The notes under the pieces were generated by a model, which saw only the letters and a program-made list of their open reading frames with translations, made no database searches and was not told where the DNA came from. 36,375 nt of DNA from Candidatus Micrarchaeota archaeon (GTDB lineage Archaea > Micrarchaeota > Micrarchaeia > Micrarchaeales > CABMGC01), in assembly GCA_964548595.1 (NCBI GenBank), contig CAZJQO010000015.1, positions 1 to 36,375 of the forward strand, in the 5' to 3' direction. Shown piece by piece: positions 25,809 to 35,132 of the stretch (the first letter of the stretch is position 1; each line of letters opens with the position of its first letter). The translations under genes and the position numbers were made by a program.

Positions 25809-25831
25809 CGTTCCGGAGGGCATCGAGTCAA

Positions 25832-27373
25832 ATGGCTGGGCGCAAGACTACCAGGTCGCAAAACTTTCCAAGAGTTGCATTGTTAGCCGTAATACTGATC
25901 CTTGCAATTACCTTCATGGCCTTAAACTTTTACGGGCCCAGCATGCAGGGCGACGACTGGGAATACTCTGCGCTTGCTTTCTGTACAGCGAATCAGTGCG
26001 GCAGCCATCTTGTCACCACCTCGTTCTTCAACATCAGGTACCTGGAAGTGCTGCCCATCGCGCTTTCCTACGAACTTTTCGGAGTCACGCCATTGGCAAG
26101 CTCGCTGTGGGCTGCGCTCGCGTACCTGCTCACCATAGTGGTGGTGTTTTACATCTCCATCGAGCTCTTCGATGACGTGCGCACGGCCGGCCTTGTTGCT
26201 CTGCTCTTTGCGTTCTTCCCGCTTGTCTTGAAGTATGCCACTACCGTAGATGACGACGTAGCGCTGATGCTGTTTCTCGCACTCTCCACATACTTCCTGG
26301 TGCGCGGAGAGAAGAGAAACTCCAACAATCAGTTCCTGCTCTCCGGTTTCTTCGCCTTCATCGCTTTCCTCGCCACGCCGTCGGCGCTTGGTTTTATAGT
26401 AGTGATGCTAGTTTACTGGATCGCGCTTGTGCTCATGAAGAAGCGCAGTTCAAGGAGCTTCTGCATTTTCCTTGTTGGCATACTAGTGGCTGTAGGCGTC
26501 ATGATGCTGATGGACACGATCATGTTCCATAATCCGCTTACCACAGCACAGGAAAGCATTGCGTGGTACGAGTCGCCGGTGAGCGACATCAACACAAACA
26601 CCTTCTACTATTATCCTATCATCTTCGCCAATCCGCTGGTCATCAATTCCGCCGGCCTCTACTTCTTCGCGCTCGTGCCTGCCGCAGCCTATCTGGTGGT
26701 GAAGAAGGAGAGGAAATCGTATTTCTTTATCCTCTGGGCTGTGCTGGGCTTCTTGCTGATGGAATACGGCATAAACAAGATAACACTAGGAGCTCCCAGC
26801 TACCTGCCCGTCTTTGCGCAGGAGAGGTATCTGCTGTTCATAGCGGTGCCGGTTGCAGCAACTCTGGGCATCGCGATAGCGAAGCTCTACGGCTCTTTGA
26901 AGAAGAACAGGGCAGCGAGACTGGCGCTGGCAATGCTGGCAGCCGCGGTGCTGGCCGATGGGGTGGTGATGGGGATAGGCCTGCACCAGCAGAGCCTTTT
27001 CGCTGTGTACGACCAGGCGCAGATCGCGAATTACCTGAACAACGCCAGCAGTGCCGTGCCTGTCTACTACCTCGGAGGCGATTATGCAGACGCGCTGATC
27101 TACATGCACTTCAACAATCCGGGCAGGTTCTACAGCTACGCGTCCCTCAACTGCTCAAGCATACAAGCCAACTCCTACGTGCTGGTGCCAGACGATCCAG
27201 GCTACTACGGCCTCAACTATCTCATAAACACGCAGGAGTACTGCCCATCGTGGACCCTGGTGCTCCAGCCCAACGCAGTCGCAGCATTTCCCAAATGGGC
27301 GTCGGACTACTACTTCTACAACCAGAACAACGGCAGCGCGTACACTGGGGAGCGGCTTTATTACGTGACCTGA
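25832..27373 (+). CDS. Polytopic GT-C-type glycosyltransferase (ArnT/PMT, family 39-like)
   Basis: The product is 513 aa from the ATG at 25832; the track ORF start overlaps the tRNA. It has at least 10 hydrophobic helices. An acidic motif (GDDWEYS) sits in the first extracytoplasmic loop, and a soluble domain occupies the C-terminus. There is no WWDYG motif, so it is not AglB. Confidence 0.5.
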   Translation: MAGRKTTRSQNFPRVALLAVILILAITFMALNFYGPSMQGDDWEYSALAFCTANQCGSHLVTTSFFNIRYLEVLPIALSYELFGVTPLASSLWAALAYLLTIVVVFYISIELFDDVRTAGLVALLFAFFPLVLKYATTVDDDVALMLFLALSTYFLVRGEKRNSNNQFLLSGFFAFIAFLATPSALGFIVVMLVYWIALVLMKKRSSRSFCIFLVGILVAVGVMMLMDTIMFHNPLTTAQESIAWYESPVSDINTNTFYYYPIIFANPLVINSAGLYFFALVPAAAYLVVKKERKSYFFILWAVLGFLLMEYGINKITLGAPSYLPVFAQERYLLFIAVPVAATLGIAIAKLYGSLKKNRAARLALAMLAAAVLADGVVMGIGLHQQSLFAVYDQAQIANYLNNASSAVPVYYLGGDYADALIYMHFNNPGRFYSYASLNCSSIQANSYVLVPDDPGYYGLNYLINTQEYCPSWTLVLQPNAVAAFPKWASDYYFYNQNNGSAYTGERLYYVT

Positions 27374-27451
27374 GCCGGTGTGCCTGCCAAATATAACGAA
27401 AGCTAAAAGCAAGCGGTGCTAGCAGGCGTTATCTTTTGATCCGCTTTAGCT

Positions 27452-28354
27452 CTATGTCCTCTCCAGGCTGGCTATTATGGCGTCTCGTATTCTGTCTGCC
27501 GCAGCCAAACTATCCTCGCTAGTTCGCGGAATAGCCATTGTAACTTGCACAGGCTGCATTGGCGGCATTGGTACAGTGACATACGGGTTAAAGACAAGTT
27601 TTGTTTTGAATATCTTGCGCGTCTCATCGCTCACATCGATGTTGTATGCCCTTTTTATGCGCCTCTCTGCTGAGGGTAGCAAGGAAACTATGTATTCAAG
27701 CACCTCATCGCGTCTCAGGAGCTTAAATTCCTTTTGCAGTTCCTTATTTTCTATGGCTAGAACGTTGTCCCTTTCTTCTTTCGGCATCGCATCCTTATTC
27801 CACGTGCGTTCGATGGGCAAGAGGATGCGATCATAAACACGGGCGTCCATCCGCCTCCATGATCTGTTGCTTTCAATCTCCCGTATCCTACCTACCCTAG
27901 AGATTTCCTGTTCTGCGTCACTTTGCCCTATCACCGCGACGCTTTGGACGCTTCGCAGCGGTTCCAAAAAACTATAGTCGACATATATCTGCAGCCTATC
28001 TTCGTAAACGCCTATGGACACCTGGTTTCCCCAAGAAGAATCCACGTCCACTCTGTGTTCAGGGGGCAGCAGCTCCCAGTCGCCTCTGCATTTTATCACG
28101 TCGTAGCCTTGCACTTCTCCCCTTCCGCTAAAACCAAAACCCCTCTTATCTCGAGCAGTGAGAGCGAGTCCGAGCGCAGCGTCCCTGAATCCTTCCTGAT
28201 TTTCCAGTGCACGAAAATACTCTGAAATAGAGGGTACACTGCCGCCAAAGTGGTGTGCAATTATTTTGGCCTCACTTGGCATAGCCAGGTAGTCCAGAAT
28301 AATTATCTTGTTTTGTTTGAATTCAACGTAGCTTCTAGTGCTTTCGGCTGTCAT
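27452..28354 (-). CDS. Hypothetical protein (300 aa, no recognisable domain)
   Basis: This is a long ORF with no TM segments. It is transcribed divergently from the dnaK-operon regulator gene across an A/T-rich spacer. It looks AT-richer than its neighbours. Confidence 0.5.
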   Translation of the reverse strand: MTAESTRSYVEFKQNKIIILDYLAMPSEAKIIAHHFGGSVPSISEYFRALENQEGFRDAALGLALTARDKRGFGFSGRGEVQGYDVIKCRGDWELLPPEHRVDVDSSWGNQVSIGVYEDRLQIYVDYSFLEPLRSVQSVAVIGQSDAEQEISRVGRIREIESNRSWRRMDARVYDRILLPIERTWNKDAMPKEERDNVLAIENKELQKEFKLLRRDEVLEYIVSLLPSAERRIKRAYNIDVSDETRKIFKTKLVFNPYVTVPMPPMQPVQVTMAIPRTSEDSLAAADRIRDAIIASLERT

Positions 28355-28504
28355 ACTCTCGCTATACTGCTTTTCTTGGGCCCTTAATATAATTTTGTAT
28401 TGGTTTGTGCCATGCGGCCTCCTTTTATGTATGTTTGATTATTTCTAACATTTTGTTGCAATAAAGCAAATATTTTTATATTAGTTATAGCTATATGTTA
28501 GAAT

Positions 28505-28951
28505 GTGCCCAAGGCAGAGAAGATAGTAGTAAAGACAGTGACGAAGCCAAGCGTCGAGAGCGCGCGGGCGCTTACTGACTGGTTCTTCGACACCTTCGAC
28601 CTCTCGAGCAAGAGCGACAGGCCGGAGCGAGAGATGTTCCAGATGATAGTGGGCAACAGCCTGAAGGGCGCAGGAACTAGCAGCAAGGAGATAAGCAAGT
28701 CGCTCAGGCTGCCGCTCAGCACAGTCATATACAATCTCAACAAGTTCATAGACTCCGGGCTGGTGGTCAGGAAGGGCAGGGAGTACTTCCTGCGCGCCAG
28801 CGACTTCGAGAGCACGATACAGGAGCTTCAGGCAGAGATGCTGATGGAGTTCAACAGGATGATGCAGTTCGCGAGCAAGCTCGACGAGCTTATAGAGAAT
28901 GAGATGTATGGCAGAGGAAGAGGAAAAGAAGGAGAAGGAGCAGAGGAATGA
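28505..28951 (+). CDS. Winged-helix DNA-binding protein at the head of the grpE-dnaK-dnaJ operon
   Basis: The 148-aa ORF starts with GTG. SSKEISKSLRLPLSTVIYNLNKFIDSGLVVRKGREYFL looks like an HTH plus wing, followed by a helical C-terminal part. Its 3' end overlaps grpE by ~44-53 nt. Confidence 0.5.
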   Translation: MPKAEKIVVKTVTKPSVESARALTDWFFDTFDLSSKSDRPEREMFQMIVGNSLKGAGTSSKEISKSLRLPLSTVIYNLNKFIDSGLVVRKGREYFLRASDFESTIQELQAEMLMEFNRMMQFASKLDELIENEMYGRGRGKEGEGAEE

Positions 28952-29429
28952 GGCCAAGCAGCCCGATGCCGGGAAGCAGGAGGCTGCCGAAGAGCTGAAG
29001 GACCGCCTGCTTAGGCTGGCCGCAGAGTTCGACAACTACAAGAAGCGCTCCGGAGATGACATCTACAATGCAAGGGGTATTGGCAAAGCGGAGCTTGCAA
29101 AGGCGCTGCTCCCCGCGCTCGACGAGTTCGAACTGGCACTCTCGAGCTTCAACACCGATGCCAAGGAAGCGGAGCACATCAAGGGCATAGAGCTTGTCTT
29201 CTCCAACATACTCGGCGCGCTGAAGGGCGCGGGCATGAAGGAGATAGAGGCGAAGGGCCGGTATGATCCTTACAAGCACGAGGTCATAATGACCAGGGAG
29301 AGCGCAGAGCCGGAGGGCACGATACTGGAAGTGGTGAGGAAGGGCTATACCTTCAACGGCACGCTGCTGAGGCCAAGCGCCGTCATAGTCTCTAAGAGCG
29401 CGGAGAAGGAGAAGCAGGGCTCAAAATGA
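28908..29429 (+). CDS. grpE: Nucleotide exchange factor GrpE
   Basis: The ORF has RLLRLAAEFDNYKKR, LLPALDEFELAL and YDPYKHEVI. The start could be the ATG at 28899 or at 28908. Confidence 0.85.
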   Translation: MAEEEEKKEKEQRNEAKQPDAGKQEAAEELKDRLLRLAAEFDNYKKRSGDDIYNARGIGKAELAKALLPALDEFELALSSFNTDAKEAEHIKGIELVFSNILGALKGAGMKEIEAKGRYDPYKHEVIMTRESAEPEGTILEVVRKGYTFNGTLLRPSAVIVSKSAEKEKQGSK

Positions 29430-29452
29430 TTATGCTATAGAGGACCGATGGA

Positions 29453-31309
29453 ATGGCAAGCGAGAAAATTTTAGGCGTGGATCTGGGCACATCAAACAGT
29501 GCGGCTGCTATATTGCAGGGAGGCAGGCCGGTTCTTGTGCCAAGCGCAGAAGGCACTTCGCTCTACGGCAAGTCTTTCCCGAGCTACGTGGCATTTACAA
29601 AGGACGGGCAGCGCATAGTCGGCGAGCCAGCAAGGAGGCAGGCGGTAGCAAACCCAGAGGGTACTGTGACCGCTTTCAAAAGGAAGATGGGAAGCGGCTT
29701 CAAGTACAAGCTCTACGGCAAGGAGTACACTCCGCAGGAGCTCTCAGCAATACTGCTGCAGAAGATAAAGGCGGACGCTGAAGCATTCCTGGGCGAGGAG
29801 GTGAAGAAGGCAGTAATAACGGTGCCCGCTTACTTCAACGACAACCAGCGCCAGGCCACAAAGGACGCGGGCGAGATTGCGGGACTTGAGGTAGTAAGGC
29901 TGGTGAACGAGCCTACCGCCGCAAGCCTGGCGTACGGCCTTGACAAGGCGAACAAGGAGCAGAAGATACTTGTCTACGACTTCGGGGGCGGCACGCTCGA
30001 CGTTACCATAATGGAGTTCGGCAACGGCGTATTCGAGGTCAGGTCTACCAGCGGCGACACGCAACTTGGCGGCACCGACATGGACAACGCGCTTGTAGAC
30101 TTCCTGAAGGATGAGATAAAGAAGAAACACAGCCTTGACATAAACAAGGACATACAGGCGCTGCAGAGGGTGCGCGAGGCAGCGGAGAGGGCCAAGATAG
30201 AACTCTCGACAACGCTTACGAGCGAGATAAACCTGCCGTTTCTTGGCACGGTCTCCGGCAAGCCGGTAAACTTCGTATACCCGCTGACACGTGCTAAGCT
30301 TGAGGAGCTCGTATTGCCCATAGTGGAGCGCACCAGGATACCAATGCAGCAGGCGCTCAAGGACGCAAAACTGCAGCCGAACGACATAGGTAAGGTAATA
30401 CTGATAGGGGGCCCCACGCGCATGCCAATAGTGCAGAGGTACGTGGAACAGCTCTACGGCAAGAAGATAGAGCGCGGAGTAGACCCGATGGAAGCTGTCG
30501 CGTTCGGCGCGGCTGTGCAGGCAGGTGTACTCACCGGCGAAGTCAAGGACATAGTGCTGCTTGACGTTACCCCGCTCTCGCTCGGCATAGAGACGCTCGG
30601 GGGCGTATCCACGGTGCTAATACCGAGGAACACGACGGTGCCGATAAGGAAGTCGCAGACCTTCTCTACAGCTTCGGACAGCCAGCCCGCTGTAGACATA
30701 GTAATACTGCAGGGCGAGAGGCCCATGGCGAAGGACAATGTAAGCCTTGGCAAATTCAGCCTGACTGGCATACTGCCCGCGCCCAGGGGGGTGCCACAGA
30801 TAGAAGTGACTTTCGATATCGATGCCAACGGTATACTGCACGTCAACGCGCAGGACAAGAAGACCGGCAAGGAGCAGAGTATGCAGGTCGTGGCTCCAAA
30901 CAAGATGAGCAGGGGCGACATAGACAAGAAGGTGAAAGAGGCAGAAGAGTATGCGTCGCAGGACAAGGAGGAGCTGGAACGCGTCCAGGTGAGGAATGAG
31001 GCCGAATCCATGGTTTACACAACCGAGAAGACGTTGAAAGACAACAAGGACAAGATACCGGGCGAGGTTGCGGAGCGCGTTGAGCAGGCCAAGAACGAGC
31101 TCAGCGACGCCCTCAACAAGAACGATGCCGCCGAGATAAAGGGGAAGCTCGACAGCCTGAAGAGCGTGCTGCAGGAGATAGGCTCAAGCGTCTACGGCAA
31201 CGGGCAGCAGGGGCAGGGAGGGCAGGGTCCGGAACCTGGCTTTGGGCCAAGCGGGCCCGGCGACTCCACAGATGCAGGAGACAGCGCTGACGCGAACTTC
31301 AGGGGCTGA
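29453..31309 (+). CDS. dnaK: Hsp70 chaperone DnaK
   Basis: The 618-aa ORF has [28 protein letters not shown] and the substrate-binding [10 protein letters not shown]. Confidence 0.97.
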   Translation: MASEKILGVDLGTSNSAAAILQGGRPVLVPSAEGTSLYGKSFPSYVAFTKDGQRIVGEPARRQAVANPEGTVTAFKRKMGSGFKYKLYGKEYTPQELSAILLQKIKADAEAFLGEEVKKAVITVPAYFNDNQRQATKDAGEIAGLEVVRLVNEPTAASLAYGLDKANKEQKILVYDFGGGTLDVTIMEFGNGVFEVRSTSGDTQLGGTDMDNALVDFLKDEIKKKHSLDINKDIQALQRVREAAERAKIELSTTLTSEINLPFLGTVSGKPVNFVYPLTRAKLEELVLPIVERTRIPMQQALKDAKLQPNDIGKVILIGGPTRMPIVQRYVEQLYGKKIERGVDPMEAVAFGAAVQAGVLTGEVKDIVLLDVTPLSLGIETLGGVSTVLIPRNTTVPIRKSQTFSTASDSQPAVDIVILQGERPMAKDNVSLGKFSLTGILPAPRGVPQIEVTFDIDANGILHVNAQDKKTGKEQSMQVVAPNKMSRGDIDKKVKEAEEYASQDKEELERVQVRNEAESMVYTTEKTLKDNKDKIPGEVAERVEQAKNELSDALNKNDAAEIKGKLDSLKSVLQEIGSSVYGNGQQGQGGQGPEPGFGPSGPGDSTDAGDSADANFRG

Positions 31310-31333
31310 GTCAGGGAGCGGGATTGGCTAACC

Positions 31334-32038
31334 ATGTCGGCAGACTACTATAGCATGCTCGGGGTACCGAAAAATGCCAGCGAGGTGCAGATAAAGGACG
31401 CGTACAGGCGCCTGGTGCTGCAGTTCCATCCTGACATAAACAAGGATCCCAAGGCGTCGGAACGCATGCGCGAGATAAACGAGGCATATGCGGTGCTCGG
31501 CGACCCTGCCAAGAGGAGGCAGTACGACATGATGGGACCCGGCGCGTTCAGCCAGAGGTTCAGCGAGGACGACATATTCCGCAACTTCGACATGGAGAGC
31601 ATACTGAGGAGCTTCGGCATGAACATGTCGGACATGAGCAACTTCCAGAACATGTTTGGGTTCGGGCAGCAACAGCAGCGCCCAAGCGCATACCAGCAGC
31701 AACAACTCAGCCTCAACATACCGCTGGCAGACCTCGAGAGGGGGCTGAACAGAAGCTTTACCGTGCAGTACTACAAGCGCTGCTCAAACTGCAACGGCAA
31801 GGGAGGCGAGCCCGGCTACAAGGACGCGCGATGCCCGGAGTGCAACGGCACCGGAGTGGTGCGGAGGAAGAGCGCCAATTCAGCCTTCGGCTTTCCCTCT
31901 TTCTTCATGATAACGAGCACGTGCAGCAGGTGCGGCGGCGCTGGCGTGATTCACGAGAAAGTGTGCCATGTCTGCAGGGGCAGGGGCCAGGTGCTAGTAA
32001 AGGAGAAGTTCAGGGTGAAGGTGGAGAAGGAAGAGTGA
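31334..32038 (+). CDS. dnaJ: Short DnaJ: J domain plus zinc-finger region, without the C-terminal domains
   Basis: The J domain reads DYYSMLGV...FHPDINKD. Four CxxCxGxG motifs follow (CSNCNGKG, CPECNGTG, CSRCGGAG, CHVCRGRG). The protein ends ~16 aa after the fourth motif, giving 234 aa in total. Confidence 0.85.
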   Translation: MSADYYSMLGVPKNASEVQIKDAYRRLVLQFHPDINKDPKASERMREINEAYAVLGDPAKRRQYDMMGPGAFSQRFSEDDIFRNFDMESILRSFGMNMSDMSNFQNMFGFGQQQQRPSAYQQQQLSLNIPLADLERGLNRSFTVQYYKRCSNCNGKGGEPGYKDARCPECNGTGVVRRKSANSAFGFPSFFMITSTCSRCGGAGVIHEKVCHVCRGRGQVLVKEKFRVKVEKEE

Positions 32039-33091
32039 TCAGCCTATCCTTGCGCTCTGCCCCGCGTTGTGCCTTCGTATCACTGTGACGAGCATTAGTG
32101 CCAGTATGGCGACTGCGGCCGCGAAGAGCAGCAGAGAGAGCGGCCAGTTTATCAAACCTTTGGTGAGCAGCTCTATGCCCAATCCGACGCACGCGAAGGC
32201 AAAGAGCGGGGGTATTGCGGGCAGAGCAGTGTCGTAGCGCTTCGACACATGCATGGCGAATATAAGGCCGAAGCTCGCCGATGCTGTGAGCACCACGCTG
32301 AAGAAGAAGCTGAAGTACGTGGTGTATGCGCTCACAGCCAGCATAAGCGGTATTGCAAGGTCGCCAGTGCCAAGGGCCGAGAGCGCGGGCACAGGCACGA
32401 TGCCGCTCCTCATAAGCTTCCTCACTTCGCTGTTCTTCGTGTTCTTGAATAAGCCGAGCATCCTTTTGGCCTCGCTCTTCTTCAGCGAGCTTTGCGGAAC
32501 CAGCTCCACATCGTAGCTACCAACCATCAGTGCCGTATTGCCCTGTATGCTTGCCTTTGCCAGCGTGAGCATGTGCTTTGTCACGAAGACGGCAACGTAA
32601 TCGTATACGGCGATGAGCGCCATGAGCACGAGCGCGACGAAGAAGGTGAAGAAGAGGCCCAGCACCAGGCCCACGCCTATGCTTGCTATTATGGCGGTTG
32701 TGTTCCTCAGCCACTGCCATCTGTTCTTCGATAAGATGAGCACTACCGCCAGCAACGCCGCAATGCCTACGGGAAGCGCCACGCTGTTAGGGAAGACGAA
32801 CGAGAGAATTATCAGGAACAGGTAGAACGAGGCTATGCCCACCACTATGGCCTCGATTCCCTTGAACAGCACCGGCCCGTGCCTGGAGCGGAAAAGAAGC
32901 ACTAGTGCAATACCGCCGGCAACGATATACGCAAAGTACAGGAATACCTCACCAGAGAAGCCGGTGCCCATGCTCGTAGCCTGCACCTCGCTCGGCGTTA
33001 TCAGCCCGAAAGCGACCAGCACTCCGGCAAGCTGTACGATCAGGAAGAAAGCGAGTATGTTTGTGAGCTGCCTGTACTCTATGAGCTTCAT
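32039..33091 (-). CDS. Presenilin / signal-peptide-peptidase-like intramembrane aspartyl protease (A22 family)
   Basis: The 350-aa polytopic ORF has the catalytic signatures LIAVYDYVAV (YD) and LGTGDLAIP (GxGD). The downstream ALPAIPPL is PAL-like. Confidence 0.6.
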   Translation of the reverse strand: MKLIEYRQLTNILAFFLIVQLAGVLVAFGLITPSEVQATSMGTGFSGEVFLYFAYIVAGGIALVLLFRSRHGPVLFKGIEAIVVGIASFYLFLIILSFVFPNSVALPVGIAALLAVVLILSKNRWQWLRNTTAIIASIGVGLVLGLFFTFFVALVLMALIAVYDYVAVFVTKHMLTLAKASIQGNTALMVGSYDVELVPQSSLKKSEAKRMLGLFKNTKNSEVRKLMRSGIVPVPALSALGTGDLAIPLMLAVSAYTTYFSFFFSVVLTASASFGLIFAMHVSKRYDTALPAIPPLFAFACVGLGIELLTKGLINWPLSLLLFAAAVAILALMLVTVIRRHNAGQSARIG

Positions 33092-33207
33092 CGACCACGA
33101 CCCGACAACCTAACTTTTGCGCAGGCGTTTAGATAAGCGTTTCGGATATGGCGCTGCTGTTCAGGGACCACGTTGCCCTTTCTCAATAAAGTAAATGTTT
33201 ACTACGC

Positions 33208-33312
33208 AGGGCGGGAAATATCACCACCTCAACGACCCTTTCACTGCGAGGTTGCGAGTTTAAGCCCTCGTGAGCCTTGCAAAGCAAGGCGATAGAGCTG
33301 GCATAAGGAAGA
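33208..33312. repeat. Direct repeat A (~70-nt core plus weaker ~30-nt extension)
   Basis: AGGGCGGGAAATATCACCACCTCAACGACCCTTTCACTGCGAGGTTGCGAG (51 nt) is identical to 35133-35183. The next ~20 nt are near-identical. After a divergent insert, GAGCTGGCATAAGGAAGAGAT aligns with GAGCTGAACTTAAGGAAAGAAT in copy B. Confidence 0.8.
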
Positions 33313-33316
33313 GATG

Positions 33317-33880
33317 CTAGCGTCCTGTTCTAAGGACAACTTCACTGTTTTCGAAGTCAATGAGTATGTGTTCCTTGCATGCAGTCCTCAGCTCTGTGGA
33401 ACTGCCTTGATAGAGGTGGAGGTTTATTGTATCTGTTTTGAGTTCATCTTCAATAAACCGCACAGCAGGAACGAAGTCCGCATCTCCTGACAGTATAATT
33501 ATCTTCTCGGCCTCTTTGTTTAGGGCAGTTTTTATTGCGTCAATGACAAGCAGTATGTCTATGCCCTTCTCGACAGGCAGCAGGTCTTTGTTTTTGTCTA
33601 TGCGCCTGTATTTCAACTTCCTTGTCCGAATTTTGATGGGCCACTTTGCGACTAGGTCGCGTATGCCTTGATGGAATCTCTGCTGTAGCGAATACTGCTG
33701 AGGCTCGATTGCTATGTCTTTCATAGCGTCGTAGAGGCAAATGAGCTTCAGTTCTAAGCCCATTTTCTCAAGCTCGCTGAAGAGCTTGCCGTAGTCCGCC
33801 GGCGCGAAAGGCAGCCTTCTAGATGTCTTGAGTGAATGATAGAAGTTCGAGTTATCGATAAACAATGCGGCTGTGGGCAT
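33317..33880 (-). CDS. NYN-domain (LabA/DUF88-like) predicted RNase
   Basis: The 187-aa ORF has AALFIDNSNFYH, EKGIDILLVIDA and IILSGDADFVPAV. These match the acidic-residue blocks of NYN/LabA nucleases. Confidence 0.7.
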   Translation of the reverse strand: MPTAALFIDNSNFYHSLKTSRRLPFAPADYGKLFSELEKMGLELKLICLYDAMKDIAIEPQQYSLQQRFHQGIRDLVAKWPIKIRTRKLKYRRIDKNKDLLPVEKGIDILLVIDAIKTALNKEAEKIIILSGDADFVPAVRFIEDELKTDTINLHLYQGSSTELRTACKEHILIDFENSEVVLRTGR

Positions 33881-34057
33881 AGAATCAGCAAGTAGAAGCC
33901 CAGCTTTACCGAGCTTGCGCCCGGTAACTCTGGGGACGCTATCTGAATAATCTTGTGAATGTGGTGGTTTATAAAGCTTCTTAGAGATGCAGGTTTTGTG
34001 GAATAATGAGGCCGGCTAGAGGCTTAGTTTGTAGGAGGGACGAATTAATAAAGTGTT

Positions 34058-34160
34058 CTGTCGTCGAGGGACCTTGCCAAAATAACGAACTTCCGTGTGG
34101 GAAACGCTTATCAAGTCAAGGTTAATTAAGGGGTTTCGGCATAAGCAATAGCGTGAGGAA
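34058..34160 (+). promoter_or_regulatory. Conserved promoter/5' leader, copy C (upstream of orphan X)
   Basis: It aligns along ~100 nt with 35748-35849. The shared blocks are CTGYCGWCGARGRAC, GCCAAAATAACG and TAATTAAGGGGTTYCG(G)CAKAAGYAATAGCGTGAGGAA, running directly into the ATG. The last block holds a TATA-like TTAATTAAGG and an SD-like GTGAGG. Confidence 0.65.
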
Positions 34161-34889
34161 ATGTCTGCTACACAAACAAGGGAAAGAGAGATATCCAAGG
34201 CAAGTTCTGAGATGGGGGTTCTTACTAAAGTAGGCACCAGCTATCAAGACTTTCCAGAGGGAACAAAATGGAGCCAAAGAATCCGTATTTATGATGAAGC
34301 TGTGGAAGTTTTGAACAAGGCTACTGAAGCGCCTCTGGTCGCGTTCGGCTACTGGAGCAGGGTCGAAGTCTATTCGCGTTTCGGGGGGGGCTGTCGTGCT
34401 CGGGTGGCGCTGGAGGACGAGAAGGGAAACGTCAGCCTGTCTGATTGGAAGGTAAGTTCGGTAGAAGAAGCAGAGAAGATAGCGAAGGAAAAGGACCTGA
34501 AGCTTGCGGGAACAAACATGCTTTTAAACACTGCATTTATAGAAAAGTATGCAGGCGTAGTCGTCGTATTTAGTTCCAGAAATGCGTCAGCATTGAATGC
34601 CGGGGAATTCCAAGATGCATACTACTTGGTCAGTGCTGCAAGAGATGCTCTTTCATCGAAAGCAGGTGGCCTGACAAGTGCAATAGACGCCGAATTGAAG
34701 AAAGTGCAGAGCAGAAGGGCCGAGATAAAGGAGGAGGACGAGAAGCTTGCTAAGAGGGAAAAAGAGCTTCAAGAACTGAGGCCAAAGGCTGAGAAAGCAG
34801 AGAAAGACGAGGTACAGGCTAAAGAACTCCTAAAGGGTGCCGCAGACAGCAAGGAAACCGTACTTGAGGAACTGCAGCGAAGCGCATAA
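34161..34889 (+). CDS. Orphan protein X: globular N-terminal half plus K/E-rich coiled-coil tail
   Basis: This is a 242-aa ORF. The C-terminal ~70 aa (KKVQSRRAEIKEEDEKLAKREKELQELRPKAEKAEKDEVQAKELLK) look like a coiled coil. I recognise no domain. The ORF contains a G8 homopolymer at 34383-34390. Confidence 0.5.
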   Translation: MSATQTREREISKASSEMGVLTKVGTSYQDFPEGTKWSQRIRIYDEAVEVLNKATEAPLVAFGYWSRVEVYSRFGGGCRARVALEDEKGNVSLSDWKVSSVEEAEKIAKEKDLKLAGTNMLLNTAFIEKYAGVVVVFSSRNASALNAGEFQDAYYLVSAARDALSSKAGGLTSAIDAELKKVQSRRAEIKEEDEKLAKREKELQELRPKAEKAEKDEVQAKELLKGAADSKETVLEELQRSA

Positions 34890-35132
34890 ATATCTGAAAT
34901 ATCCTTATTCCTCTACCTGGGTTTGTGCGGAGAAATCCCGCAGGCTGCGAGCAATCGCAGGTGCAGACTTGGGTCCACACATCCGTCTATAGTGCTGATT
35001 GGCTTAAGAAGCAGATCAGCCATGAAATTCAACAGCGACACTGGGTAGTCCCAGGCTGAAATCGTGAAGCTGTGGTGCCGCCACGGAAGTGGCCTGACGT
35101 TGCTGCTCGGGTGGCTGAGGTCAGGCAAGAAG

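Noticed and set aside
25772-25831. The N-terminal 20 codons of the 533-aa track ORF, and the similar upstream extensions at 13712-13849 and 25443-25466.
   Set aside because: The extension at 25772-25831 overlaps the 3' half of tRNA-Ala. In each case, internal ATGs with better upstream signals and domain boundaries were chosen.
33208-33276. Whether the ~70-nt repeat is an integron attC site or a tRNA fragment (att site).
   Set aside because: CCTCAAC and GAGGTTG look superficially like R''/R' boxes. However, they are not reverse complements of each other and do not fit RYYYAAC/GTTRRRY. There is no T-loop (TTCRA) or acceptor pairing, so tRNA origin is unsupported. No integrase gene is present in the window.
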